From the NCBI GenBank assembly GCA_040954595.2, contig CM082582.2, positions 868,001 to 932,000 of the forward strand: a stretch of 64,000 nucleotides of DNA, written 5' to 3'. Source of the DNA: Balanoglossus misakiensis (lineage: Eukaryota; Animalia; Hemichordata). The notes below the pieces were generated by a model. The model did not search any database. It saw only the letters and a program-made list of their open reading frames with translations, and was not told the DNA's origin. Of this stretch, positions 40,001-51,148 are shown one piece after another. Within the stretch, counting starts at the first letter, position 1. Every line of letters begins with the position of its first letter. The translations under genes were made by a program, and so were the position numbers.

Positions 40001-41155
40001 CTTTTCACGTCTGAGGTTCTTTTTCAGCCGTTCACTCATGGCTCTTCCACGTTTCTTACCTCTTACTGGTTCAAGACACTGAAGTTCACCATGCGTTGCA
40101 AATACTTCATCTAAATGGAATTCTTTTTTCAAACCAATATGTGTTGAGCTCCCATCGTCTGTCACATCCATGCACTCACCAGTCACAACTTCATTGCAAT
40201 CAATGTGTGTACAATGACAGGTTTCCAACTGTGGTGTCTTCACACACTCTACAACTTCATAATGGTTTCTATTGCGATGGTTCAGGTATATACCAACACC
40301 TCCATTAACATTGTTTTTATTGATTATATTACATGAATGTTTCCACCAACTATCGAAACTGTACACGAAAATATTTACATTGAAGAGATTTGTAGTGGCA
40401 AGGATTTCAGTTTCTGTAGCCCATGTTCCAAGACGATCCATTCTGGACTTCTCAATGTAATCAGCAACTGATGTATATCCATCTAACCTTACCCAGCCTG
40501 AATATACTTCCTCATTGGCTTTCAAGTGATTCACAATGGCCATTCGAATTACTCCGTGATTTCGCTCAGTCCCACTTATACAATAAGACAAGGACCTAAA
40601 AAAACAGTTACCATCACCAATAATTGACTTGTAACTACATGGGTCTCCAATTGTAACACTTCTCAGTTTATTGAATATATCAATATTATTTTTATCTACA
40701 ATGTCAAATTTGCAACACAGCTGTTCACATACATCAGAAGTTAATGGAGAAAATGAATAAACGCTGTCCCCTGTTCCACTGCCAATATACAGGTCATCAC
40801 TTGAATCATTTTCAACACTTTGATCTCCAGTCTCAAATATGTCATTGTTCACTTTTGTTCCTTTATTTGCTTTCAAATTGTCACTTTTTCTGAATATGTC
40901 AACATCCGTACTCCTGTTTTTTAAGAGGACAGGCTCCTCCGTTATAACATCCGTACTCCTGTTTTTTAAGAGGACAGGCTCCTCCGTTATAACATCCGTA
41001 CTCCTGTTTTTTAAGAGGACAGGCTCCTCTGTTCCAACATCCGTACTCCTGTATTTTAAGAGCACAGGCTCCTCTCCATAACTCCTGTTCTGAGACAGAA
41101 CAGGATCTTCTTTCTTCTGACTCCTCTTCTTCCTCCAGTATCTACTACGTGGCAT
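34082..41155 (-). CDS. Helentron RepHel transposase, 2357 aa: OTU cysteine protease, Cys-rich zinc-binding region, HUH Rep, PIF1-family SF1 helicase, C-terminal AP (EEP) endonuclease
   Basis: Uninterrupted ORF. OTU: GDGNCFFRSLS...NHYE. CSVCHR / CHTCH. Rep: PTWFCSFS, VEFQQRGSPHTHCLFW, YIVSYISK. Helicase: GGAGTGKS, APTGVAA, IIDEISMV, GDFYQLPPV, TVHKVQGLT, YVALSRV. EEP: HNVEGL, CLTETWL, VYRPP, GDFNED, IDHVY, SFH. Confidence 0.96.
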   Translation of the reverse strand: MPRSRYWRKKRSQKKEDPVLSQNRSYGEEPVLLKYRSTDVGTEEPVLLKNRSTDVITEEPVLLKNRSTDVITEEPVLLKNRSTDVDIFRKSDNLKANKGTKVNNDIFETGDQSVENDSSDDLYIGSGTGDSVYSFSPLTSDVCEQLCCKFDIVDKNNIDIFNKLRSVTIGDPCSYKSIIGDGNCFFRSLSYCISGTERNHGVIRMAIVNHLKANEEVYSGWVRLDGYTSVADYIEKSRMDRLGTWATETEILATTNLFNVNIFVYSFDSWWKHSCNIINKNNVNGGVGIYLNHRNRNHYEVVECVKTPQLETCHCTHIDCNEVVTGECMDVTDDGSSTHIGLKKEFHLDEVFATHGELQCLEPVRGKKRGRAMSERLKKNLRREKYGSEKTKVNKLNVCNSVKRSKAAKQHECYQTNSEYRDNIKSDSRKRYHENVLYRENKKRRLAERYDCDLVFREAQKTMYAEQCVAKYEKVPLYREHKKSLSAAVCGEKYKTDQKFREYKKGKSAAECAEKYKTDLQFREDKKSRCAAQFLEKYNKNQDFQRHKRNQCLVRYQQDQDYKETVLERRRSVRKVNKIEKENIESVVIDFRNQTSVGPNCVCSVCHRRLFRKQVLVCKVDNYVSKGGLCEMNANKCITQDYVHNCSELCIIDCPLKSSAASKLWICHTCHSKLLRAEMPVQAAANNLDVKPIPNELKCLNSLEQHLIALHIPFMKMMALPRGGQNGVHGPVVCVPSNIEKATSILPRGELDDQMIKVKLKRKLSYKGCYEYHFVNKGRIQNALEYLQKNNMWYSDVKFNLTWENTLEKIEEKIVCEGNENTEGKTSDTEENVVASDKEDGNEPDRDTNGIFMDTCFQPVDIGQDILDYHFDDIACVAPGEDNKPVRVLMEKFNEAKCFPVIFPTGSPTFHDDREVKITIGRYLQSRLMNASNRFARSTDYIFYAQYRSELDQVVSNVSIALRKGTANACGKKVTSDVLTNGDSLKEILKCDEGYKFLKPVRGTPPYWQATQKDLFAMIRQLGIPTWFCSFSAADLRWKEVVETILREEGDVRNVEDLDWSEKCGILRRNPVTAARMFDHRFHCFLTDVIMSPASPIGKVKDYFYRVEFQQRGSPHTHCLFWVENAPKVDKDSDEDVVDFVDTYVTCKMPSVEEDEELNDIVNTVQKHSSRHSKSCKKKGTSCRFNFPRPPSEKTFLCRPYVSITVDTGIEVIDDDGNCMDAEVTTAQKNEFEIDLPQLDDTTLGEIKARHILEQVWTCLCDKEKTIESIDDLFNAVGISQEMFEEAHAMLAKKTSVVLKREPSDVWVNQYNANLLRCWNANMDIQFVVDAYACVVYIVSYISKAEREMGLLLEHAQKEANKEGNMDAKSAMKELGGVYLHNREICAQEAVYRVCGLKLKQSSRKVQFIPTGENPIKMSLPLTVIQKKMKGDDLDEEEIWMNSIVDRYKNRPNGVDFDNMCLATFCSEYRVVSKSEMKNVSNDKRRSPIVTLKNDVGYMQKRSRSDGAVVRYARFSVTKYPEKHYGSILQLFLPYRTESQLKPSGFESYEDFYWLGAVKCGSASLEKVKVIVDANKALFETEAEAIDAAEQILGENGPLEDAWAQLCPESELERSECIEEGKKCCDDDHIDDDDIPDLVQKHKGDDCHVEISNSMKKYEVEAMCRSLNKKQAEVFYTVRKWCLDKSNGKNPEPFYLFVTGGAGTGKSHLIKTIYHEAKRILARAMPDIDGISIALTAPTGVAAFNIQGTTLHHIFSIAVDSKLPYQPLREEKLNTLRCKFGNLQILIIDEISMVDKKLLYYVHGRLRQIKQSSADSPFGNVCVIAVGDFYQLPPVKASPLCIDHQSVNLWNDNFSIIELTEVMRQKDCAFAEALNRVRVHKKGDTLNPGDVAMLQKCVTGETSEAMHIFATNAEVNSCNVEMLHSQCSDPVCIEAEDFSRNPKTGRLEKKEGHHVKVYRTTLPKTLTLAVGARVQLTHNIDVADGLVNGVFGTVCHIAVIRNKKFPAAIYVVFDNEKVGQGLRKKKSTSDLPVNSTPIEPQEMSVASNGGIRRQFPLKLAWACTVHKVQGLTVEKAVLSLKKMFAPGQAYVALSRVTSLDGLIINDFNKSSIYCNEKVQEALETMPKFLSRCTQKEHSNYTCSFVLHNVEGLVNHIKDICNDSEYLEADFICLTETWLSEKGTHCNLQLSGFEFNHQPRSQSYNQFDTNTTSLQLQQRGGVGVYSKVCNDFEILHLGVCNLECVSFYVAKINVTVAVVYRPPSYKVEVFKNSLVCLVKAMEKYPGGKLIMGDFNEDILTRSSLVKLMGDYGFRQYVSEPTTEANTLIDHVYVKGIGNVLVNVVQKYFSFHEAISIKI
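40901..41110 (-). repeat. 45-bp coding minisatellite at the RepHel N-terminus (EEPVLLKNRSTDVIT)
   Basis: AACATCCGTACTCCTGT recurs at 40901, 40946, 40991 and 41036, plus a shorter degenerate unit; frame preserved. Confidence 0.9.
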
Positions 41156-41984
41156 CTGGAAGAAAGCAAATATACTGTCAAGTTAGGTTTATTACTATCC
41201 TTTCACCACCAGACTTCAGATATCCTTCTCATCAAATCACATCACTAGTGATTGTAGTCAGTAAATAGTTGTGGAAACTTTACAGACAGAAGTGATTTAT
41301 AGAAACAAACTCTATACAAAGTAGGAATACAACAGCGAACTCAAAAAATGCACCTATATCCACATGCCTGCATAAACACAGACGCATACACACAGACACA
41401 CTTATTTCTGCTCGAAAACATGATTACGGCAACATTGTTATTTTTTGTGTTCCTCATCTCCCGACCGACTGTAAATTTCAGCTCTGACATGAACATAAAA
41501 CAAAAAATGTTTTTGATTTGCGCCAATTCTGAGTCCGAGGCAATCATCCTAGCAACAGCGCCACCAACGGCAAACTGTGAGATTTTGCACATCAGTCTGC
41601 AAAGACAACACATTCATCATGGCAGTCGTGTCGCACCAGCATCTGTCATTAATGGCTGAAGCCATCGAGGCCGGAGGAAATCAAAGAAATTGTGGAGAAT
41701 GAAAGAACAGAACACTAAAGTGGAGGACTTTTAATTATTGTGACTAATACGATAGAGAGCACATAACACTGGACTGAAAGGTAAGAAATTACAATAACTG
41801 AAAAGCAAGAATATAGAACTGAAACAAATGTACTCAAAACTTGTAGAAACTGAATGGTTAAAACATTCACTTGAAACCAAAAAATTCTTAAGGTACTTTT
41901 TTATGTCGCACGCCCGCCCTGCCTTCCTCTGGAGTTGAGAAACAAATAATAAAACAGGTCATCCTTAGGCTTCAATCCTCACCC

Positions 41985-44900
41985 CTGTTTGACCCGACAT
42001 TCTGGCATTCCCATTACAATGTACTCAGCCAAATGTGAATGAAATTTCCTTACATAACAATTTCCACCAGTTAGCAACATCAAGTCCAAGTACAATGATA
42101 GGCATACATGTATTAATTTGCACAGACATACACAAATACATGCACACCCCAACATCAACTGTGTACAACCAAATAAGACTTCAGACCTGACCCTGTATGA
42201 CCCGACATTTTGTCATTTACGTTGCAATGTACTGAGACAAATGTGAATGGAATTTCCTTACAAAACAATTTCCACCAGTTAGCAACATCAAGTCCAAGTA
42301 CAATGATAGGCATACATGTATTAATTTGCACAGACATACACAAATACATGCACACCCCAACATCCACTGTGTACAACCAAATAAGACTTCAGACCTGACC
42401 CTATATGACCCGACATTTTGTCATTTACGTTGCAATGTACTGAGACAAATGTGAATGGAATTACCTTACAAAACAATTTCCACCAGTTAGCAACATCAAG
42501 TCCAAGTACAATGATAGGCATACATGTATGAATTTGCACAGACATACACAAATACATGCACATCCCAACATCCACTGTGTACAACCAAATAGGACTTCAG
42601 ACCTGACCCTGTATGACCCGACATTTTATCATTAACGTTGCAATGTACTGAGACAAATGTGAATGGAATTACCTTACAAAACAATTTCCACCAGTTAGCA
42701 ACATCAAGTCCAAGTACAATGATAGGCATACATGTATTAATTTGCACAGACATACACAAATACATGCACACCCCAACATCCACTGTGTACAACCAAATAA
42801 GACTTCAGACCTGACCCTATATGACCCGACATTTTGTCATTTACGTTGCAATGTACTGAGACAAATGTGAATGGAATTACCTTACAAAACAATTTCCACC
42901 AGTTAGCAACATCAAGTCCAAGTACAATGATAGGCATACATGTATGAATTTGCACAGACATACACAAATACATGCACACCCCAACATCCACTGTGTACAA
43001 CCAAATAGGGCTTCAGACCAGACCCTATATGACCCGACATTTTGTCATTTACATTGCAATGTACTGAGACAAATGTGAATGGAATTACCTTACAAAACAA
43101 TTTCCACCAGTTAGCAACATCAAGTCCAAGTACAAAGATAGGCATACATGTATTAATTTGCACAGACATACACAAATACATGCACACCCCAACATCCACT
43201 GTGTACAACCAAATAAGACTTCAGACCTGACCCTATATGACCCGACATTTTGTCATTTACGTTGCAATGTACTGAGACAAATGTGAATGGAATTACCTTA
43301 CAAAACAATTTCCACCAGTTAGCAACATCAAGTCCAAGTACAATGATAGGCATACATGTATGAATTTGCACAGACATACACAAATACATGCACACCCCAA
43401 CATCCACTGTGTACAACCAAATAAGACTTCAGACCTGACCCTATATGACCCGACATTTTGTCATTTACGTTGCAATGTACTGAGACAAATGTGAATGGAA
43501 TTTCCTTACAAAACAATTTCCACCAGTTAGCAACATCAAGTCCAAGTACAACGATAGGCATACATGTATTAATTTGCACAGACATACACAAATACATGCA
43601 CACCCCAACATCCACTGTGTACAACCAAATAAGACTTCAGACCTGACCCTATATGACCCGACATTTTGTCATTTACGTTGCAATGTACTGAGACAAATGT
43701 GAATGGAATTACCTTACAAAACAATTTCCACCAGTTAGCAACATCAAGTCCAAGTACAATGATAGGCATACATGTATGAATTTGCACAGACATACACAAA
43801 TACATGCACACCCCAACATCCACTGTGTACAACCAAATAGGGCTTCAGACCAGACCCTATATGACCCGACATTTTGTCATTTACATTGCAATGTACTGAG
43901 ACAAATGTGAATGGAATTACCTTACAAAACAATTTCCACCAGTTAGCAACATCAAGTCCAAGTACAAAGATAGGCATACATGTATTAATTTGCACAGACA
44001 TACACAAATACATGCACACCCCAACATCCACTGTGTACAACCAAATAAGACTTCAGACCTGACCCTATATGACCCGACATTTTGTCATTTACGTTGCAAT
44101 GTACTGAGACAAATGTGAATGGAATTACCTTACAAAACAATTTCCACCAGTTAGCAACATCAAGTCCAAGTACAATGATAGGCATACATGTATGAATTTG
44201 CACAGACATACACAAATACATGCACACCCTAACATCCACTGTGTACAACCAAATAGGGCTTCAGACCAGACCCTATATGACCCGACATTTTGTCATTTAC
44301 ATTGCAATGTACTGAGACAAATGTGAATGGAATTACCTTACAAAACAATTTCCACCAGTTAGCAACATCAAGTCCAAGTACAATGATAGGCATACATGTA
44401 TGAATTTGCACAGACACACACAAATACATGCACACCCCAACATCAACTGTGTACAACCAAATAAGACTTCAGACCTGACCCTATATGACCCGACATTTTG
44501 TCATTTACGTTGCAATGTACTGAGACAAATGTGAATGGAATTTCCTTACAAAACAATTTCCATCAGTTAGCAAAATCAAGTCCAAGTACAACGATAGGCA
44601 TACATGTATTAATTTGCACAGACATACACAAATACATGCACACCCCAACATCAACTGTGTACAACCAAATAAGACTTCAGACCTGACCCTATATGACCCG
44701 ACATTTTGTCATTTACGTTGCAATGTACTGAGACAAATGTGAATGGAATTACCTTACAAAACAATTTCCACCAGTTAGCAACATCAAGTCCAAGTACAAT
44801 GATAGGCATACATGTATGAATTTGCACAGACATACACAAATACATGCACACCCCAACATCCACTGTGTACAACCAAATAGGGCTTCAGACCAGACCCTAC

Positions 44901-47900
44901 ATGTATATGACCCGACATTTTGTCATTTACATTGCAATGTACTGAGACAAATGTGAATGGAATTACCTTACAAAACAATTTCCACCAGTTAGCAACATCA
45001 AGTCCAAGTACAATGATAGGCATACATGTATGAATTTGCACAGACATACACAAATACATGCACACCCCAACATCCACTGTGTACAACCAAATAGGGCTTC
45101 AGACCAGACCCTATATGACCCGACATTTTGTCATTTACATTGCAATGTACTGAGACAAATGTGAATGGAATTACCTTACAAAACAATTTCCACCAGTTAG
45201 CAACATCAAGTCCAAGTACAATGATAGGCATACATGTATGAATTTGCACAGACACACACAAATACATGCACACCCCAACATCAACTGTGTACAACCAAAT
45301 AAGACTTCAGACCTGACCCTATATGACCCGACATTTTGTCATTTACGTTGCAATGTACTGAGACAAATGTGAATGGAATTTCCTTACAAAACAATTTCCA
45401 TCAGTTAGCAAAATCAAGTCCAAGTACAACGATAGGCATACATGTATTAATTTGCACAGACATACACAAATACATGCACACCCCAACATCAACTGTGTAC
45501 AACCAAATAAGACTTCAGACCTGACCCTATATGACCCGACATTTTGTCATTTACGTTGCAATGTACTGAGACAAATGTGAATGGAATTACCTTACAAAAC
45601 AATTTCCACCAGTTAGCAACATCAAGTCCAAGTTCAATGATAGGCATACATGTATGAATTTGCACAGACATACACAAATACATGCACACCCCAACATCCA
45701 CTGTGTACAACCAAATAGGGCTTCAGACCAGACCCTATATGACCCGACATTTTGTCATTTACATTGCAATGTACTGAGACAAATGTGAATGGAATTACCT
45801 TACAAAACAATTTCCACCAGTTAGCAACATCAAGTCCAAGTACAATGATAGGCATACATGTATTAATTTGCACAGACATACACAAATACATGCACACCCC
45901 AACATCCACTGTGTACAACCAAATAAGACTTCAGACCTGACCCTATATGACCCGACATTTTGTCATTTACGTTGCAATGTACTGAGACAAATGTGAATGG
46001 AATTACCTTACAAAACAATTTCCACCAGTTAGCAACATCAAGTCCAAGTACAATGATAGGCATACATGTATTAATTTGCACAGACATACACAAATACATG
46101 CACACCCCAACATCCACTGTGTAGAACCAAATAAGACTTCAGACCTGACCCTGTATGACCCGACATTTTGTCATTTACGTTGCAATGTACTCAGCCAAAT
46201 GTGAATGAAATTTCCTTACAAAACAATTTCCACCAGTTAGCAACATCAAGTCCAAGTGCAATGATAGGCTTACATGTATGAATTTGCACAGACATACACA
46301 AATACATGCACACCCCGACATCCACTGTGTAGAACCAAATAAGACTTCAGACCTGACCCTGTATGACCCGACATTTTGTCATTTACGTTGCAATGTACTG
46401 AGACAAATGTGAATGGAATTACCTTACAAAACAATTTCCACCAGTTAGCAACATCAAGTCCAAGTACAATGATAGGCTTACATGTATGAATTTGCACAGA
46501 CAAACACAAATACATGCACACCCCAACATCCACTGTGTAGAACCAAATAAGAATTCAGACCTGACCCTGTATGACCCGACATTTTGTCATTTACGTTGCA
46601 ATGTACTGAGACAAATGTGAATGGAATTACCTTACAAAACAATTTCCACCAGTTAGCAACATCAAGTCCAAGTACAATGATAGGCATACATGTATTAATT
46701 TGCACAGACATACACAAATACATGCACACCCCAACATCCACTGTGTAGAACCAAATAAGACTTCAGACCTGACCCTGTATGACCCGACATTTTGTCATTT
46801 ACGTTGCAATGTACTGAGACAAATGTGAATGGAATTTCCTTACAAAACAATTTCCACCAGTTAGCAACATCAAGTCCAAGTACAATGATAGGCATACATG
46901 AATGAATTTGCACAGACATACACAAATACATGCACACCCCAACATCCACTGTGTACAACCAAATAGGGCTTCAGACCTGACCCTGTATGACCCGACATTT
47001 TGTCATTTACGTTGCAATGTACTGAGACAAATGTGAATGGAATTACCTTACAAAACAATTTCCACCAGTTAGCAACATCAAGTCCAAGTACAATGATAGG
47101 CATACATGTATTAATTTGCACAGACAAACACAAATACATGCACACCCCGACATCCACTGTGTAGAACCAAATTAGACTTCAGACCTGACCCTGTATGACC
47201 CGACATTTTGTCATTTACGTTGCAATGTACTGAGACAAATGTGAATGGAATTTCCTTACAAAACAATTTCCACCAGTTAGCAACATCAAGTCCAAGTGCA
47301 ATGATAGGCTTACATGTATGAATTTGCACAGACATACACAAATACATGCACACCCCAACATCCACTGTGTAGAACCAAATAAGAATTCAGACCTGACCCT
47401 GTATGACCTGACATTTTGTCATTTACGTTGCAATGTACTGAGACAAATGTGAATGGAATTACCTTACAAAACAATTTCCACCAGTTAGCAACATCAAGTC
47501 CAAGTACAATGATAGGCATACATGTATTAATTTGCACAGACATACACAAATACATGCACACCCCAACATCCACTGTGTAGAACCAAATAAGACTTCAGAC
47601 CTGACCCTGTATGACCCGACATTTTGTCATTTACGTTGCAATGTACTCAGCCAAATGTGAATGAAATTTCCTTACAAAACAATTTCCACCAGTTAGCAAC
47701 ATCAAGTCCAAGTGCAATGATAGGCTTACATGTATGAATTTGCACAGACATACACAAATACATGCACACCCCAACATCCACTGTGTACAACCAAATAAGA
47801 CTTCAGACCTGACCCTGTATGACCCGACATTTTGTCATTTACGTTGCAATGTACTGAGACAAATGTGAATGGAATTACCTTACAAAACAATTTCCACCAG

Positions 47901-50130
47901 TTAGCAACATCAAGTCCAAGTACAATGATAGGCTTACATGTATGAATTTGCACAGACAAACACAAATACATGCACACCCCAACATCCACTGTGTAGAACC
48001 AAATAAGAATTCAGACCTGACCCTGTATGACCCGACATTTTGTCATTTACGTTGCAATGTACTGAGACAAATGTGAATGGAATTACCTTACAAAACAATT
48101 TCCACCAGTTAGCAACATCAAGTCCAAGTACAATGATAGGCATACATGTATTAATTTGCACAGACATACACAAATACATGCACACCCCAACATCCACTGT
48201 GTAGAACCAAATAAGACTTCAGACCTGACCCTGTATGACCCGACATTTTGTCATTTACGTTGCAATGTACTGAGACAAATGTGAATGGAATTTCCTTACA
48301 AAACAATTTCCACCAGTTAGCAACATCAAGTCCAAGTGCAATGATAGGCTTACATGTATGAATTTGCACAGACATACACAAATACATGCACACCCTAACA
48401 TCCACTGTGTAGAACCAAATAAGAATTCAGACCTGACCCTGTATGACCTGACATTTTGTCATTTACGTTGCAATGTACTGAGACAAATGTGAATGGAATT
48501 ACCTTACAAAACAATTTCCACCAGTTAGCAACATCAAGTCCAAGTACAATGATAGGCATACATGTATTAATTTACACAGACATACACAAATACATGCACA
48601 CCCCAACATCCACTGTGTAGAACCAAATAAGACTTCAGACCTGACCCTGTATGACCCGACATTTTGTCATTTACGTTGCAATGTACTCAGCCAAATGTGA
48701 ATGAAATTTCCTTACAAAACAATTTCCACCAGTTAGCAACATCAAGTCCAAGTGCAATGATAGGCTTACATGTATGAATTTGCACAGACATACACAAATA
48801 CATGCACACCCCAACATCCACTGTGTACAACCAAATAAGACTTCAGACCTGACCCTGTATGACCCGACATTTTGTCATTTACGTTGCAATGTACTGAGAC
48901 AAATGTGAATGGAATTACCTTACAAAACAATTTCCACCAGTTAGCAACATCAAGTCCAAGTACAATGATAGGCTTACATGTATGAATTTGCACAGACAAA
49001 CACAAATACATGCACACCCCAACATCCACTGTGTAGAACCAAATAAGAATTCAGACCTGACCCTGTATGACCCGACATTTTGTCATTTACGTTGCAATGT
49101 ACTGAGACAAATGTGAATGGAATTACCTTACAAAACAATTTCCACCAGTTAGCAACATCAAGTCCAAGTACAATGATAGGCATACATGTATTAATTTGCA
49201 CAGACATACACAAATACATGCACACCCCAACATCCACTGTGTACAACCAAATAAGACTTCAGACCTGACCCTGTATGACCCGACATTTTGTCATTTACGT
49301 TGCAATGTACTGAGACAAATGTGAATGGAATTACCTTACAAAACAATTTCCACCAGTTAGCAACATCAAGTCCAAGTACAATGATAGGCATACATGTATG
49401 AATTTGCACAGACATACACAAATACATGCACACCCCAACATCCACTGTGTAGAACCAAATAAGACTTCAGACCTGACCCTGTATGACCCGACATTTTGTC
49501 ATTTACGTTGCAATGTACTGAGACAAATGTGAATGGAATTTCCTTACAAAACAATTTCCACCAGTTAGCAACATCAAGTCCAAGTACAATGATAGGCATA
49601 CATGAATGAATTTGCACAGACATACACAAATACATGCACACCCCAACATCCACTGTGTACAACCAAATAAGACTTCAGACCTGACCCTATATGACCCGAC
49701 ATTTTGTCATTTACGTTGCAATGTACTGAGACAAATGTGAATGGAATTTCCTTACAAAACAATTTCCACCAGTTAGCAACATCAAGTCCAAGTACAATGA
49801 TAGGCTTACATGTATTAATTTGCACCTGTAGACATACACAAAAACATGCACACCCCAACATCCACCGTGTACAACCAAATAAGACTTCAGACCTGACCCT
49901 GTATGACCCGACATTTTGTCATTTACGTTGCAATGTACTCAGCCAAATGTGAATGAAATTTCCTTACAAAACAATTTCGACCAGTTAGCAACATCAAGTC
50001 CAAGTACAATGATAGGCATACATGTATTAATTTGCACAGACATACACAAATACATGCACACCCCAACATCCACTGTGTAGAACCAAATAAGAATTCAGAC
50101 CTGACCCTGTATGACCCGACATTTTGTCAA
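41985..50130. repeat. Tandem array of a 208-bp unit, about 39 copies, with higher-order variant patterns
   Basis: GACCCGACATTTTGTCATTTAC recurs every 208 bp and the ORF-track peptides repeat at 208-bp offsets. A 6-bp insertion lies near 44900 and a 4-bp insertion near 49828. Edge units are degenerate. Confidence 0.98.
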
Positions 50131-50534
50131 TGTCACTTACAGAAAAATGTTTTAAGACAATTCTGACTTTCATTTTGTTTCACAACCAATACAACAAGTT
50201 AGCAATACACAGTCCCTGTAAAACGCCAACCATACAAAATGCCACTTACCACTTCTTTTTTTGCGAAAGTCACTACGGGAGTCAGATATATAGTTCAACA
50301 CCAAAACTGTGAAGAAAATGTACAAAATTATTGAAATAATCCACACACTATATTGTATAATCAAACCAGAACATCACAAATGACAACTAAACACAACTCT
50401 ACTTTCAAAATGAATAACTAAATACACTAGCAACACCAATGTACATGTAACAGATAAGTGTCCTATTTGACTAGGAAAACAAATTCATATTTGACTCACT
50501 GCACACAGTTGAACTGTTCGGTACAGATTACCAA

Positions 50535-50679
50535 CAGTCAAACCTGTTTTAGTGACCACCTCTATATAGTGGCCACTATGTTACAGTCCCTGTGCAATTT
50601 ACATGAGCATTAACTGACCTCTCTATAAAGACCACTCTATAAAGACCATGGTCATTATACATGTACACAGGTTTGACTG
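50535..50679. mobile_element. Tc1/mariner-pogo-type MITE
   Basis: TIR CAGTCAAACCTGT / ACAGGTTTGACTG, followed by TA on the right (AA on the left). Confidence 0.65.
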
Positions 50680-50959
50680 TACAACATCACACTTGCACCA
50701 AAATAAACCACAAAACTATTATACCATGCTACCGTGGGAAATTCTAATTGGACACAGGGTAAAATAGGACCATGAACTAGCTTGTCTATTGATTTTGGAA
50801 ATGCTCTGTGGGAATTTTTCAGAATTTGCCATGCGTGATGCCTGTCTTGTCACTTTCTGACATCTGCTACATGTTTAAAGCTCGATCTATGGGCGTTTAT
50901 GTGCCAGTTAGACCATGGAGGCACCTCCATGGTTAGACTAGCTCTCCGTGGCAGGGCTG

Positions 50960-51148
50960 GGATCTGGTTCACATAGTGGACACGACTATAACCCATAGGC
51001 GATACCATGGCAATCATGAATGAGGGTGAGTTAGGGTTAGGAGTGGCAATGTGAGGGTGAGTTTAACCCTGACCCTAACCCTCCTAACCCTAAAAAACCA
51101 TGGTATTGCCTATGGGGTATAGTCGTGTCCACTAAGTGAACCAGATCC
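50960..51148. mobile_element. MITE with telomere-like core, inserted in a TAG...CTA fold-back element (50939-51224)
   Basis: ~50-bp TIRs GGATCTGGTTCAC.../...GTGAACCAGATCC, CAGGGCTG duplicated at 50952-50959 and 51149-51156, and internal TTAGGGTTAG and TAACCCT tracts. Confidence 0.8.

Noticed and set aside
41985-50130. CRISPR array, or a family of small proteins (MYTVDVGVCMYLC...)
   Set aside because: Whole 208-bp units repeat with no unique spacers, there are no cas genes and the context is eukaryotic. The unit length is not a multiple of 3, so the ORFs are by-products.
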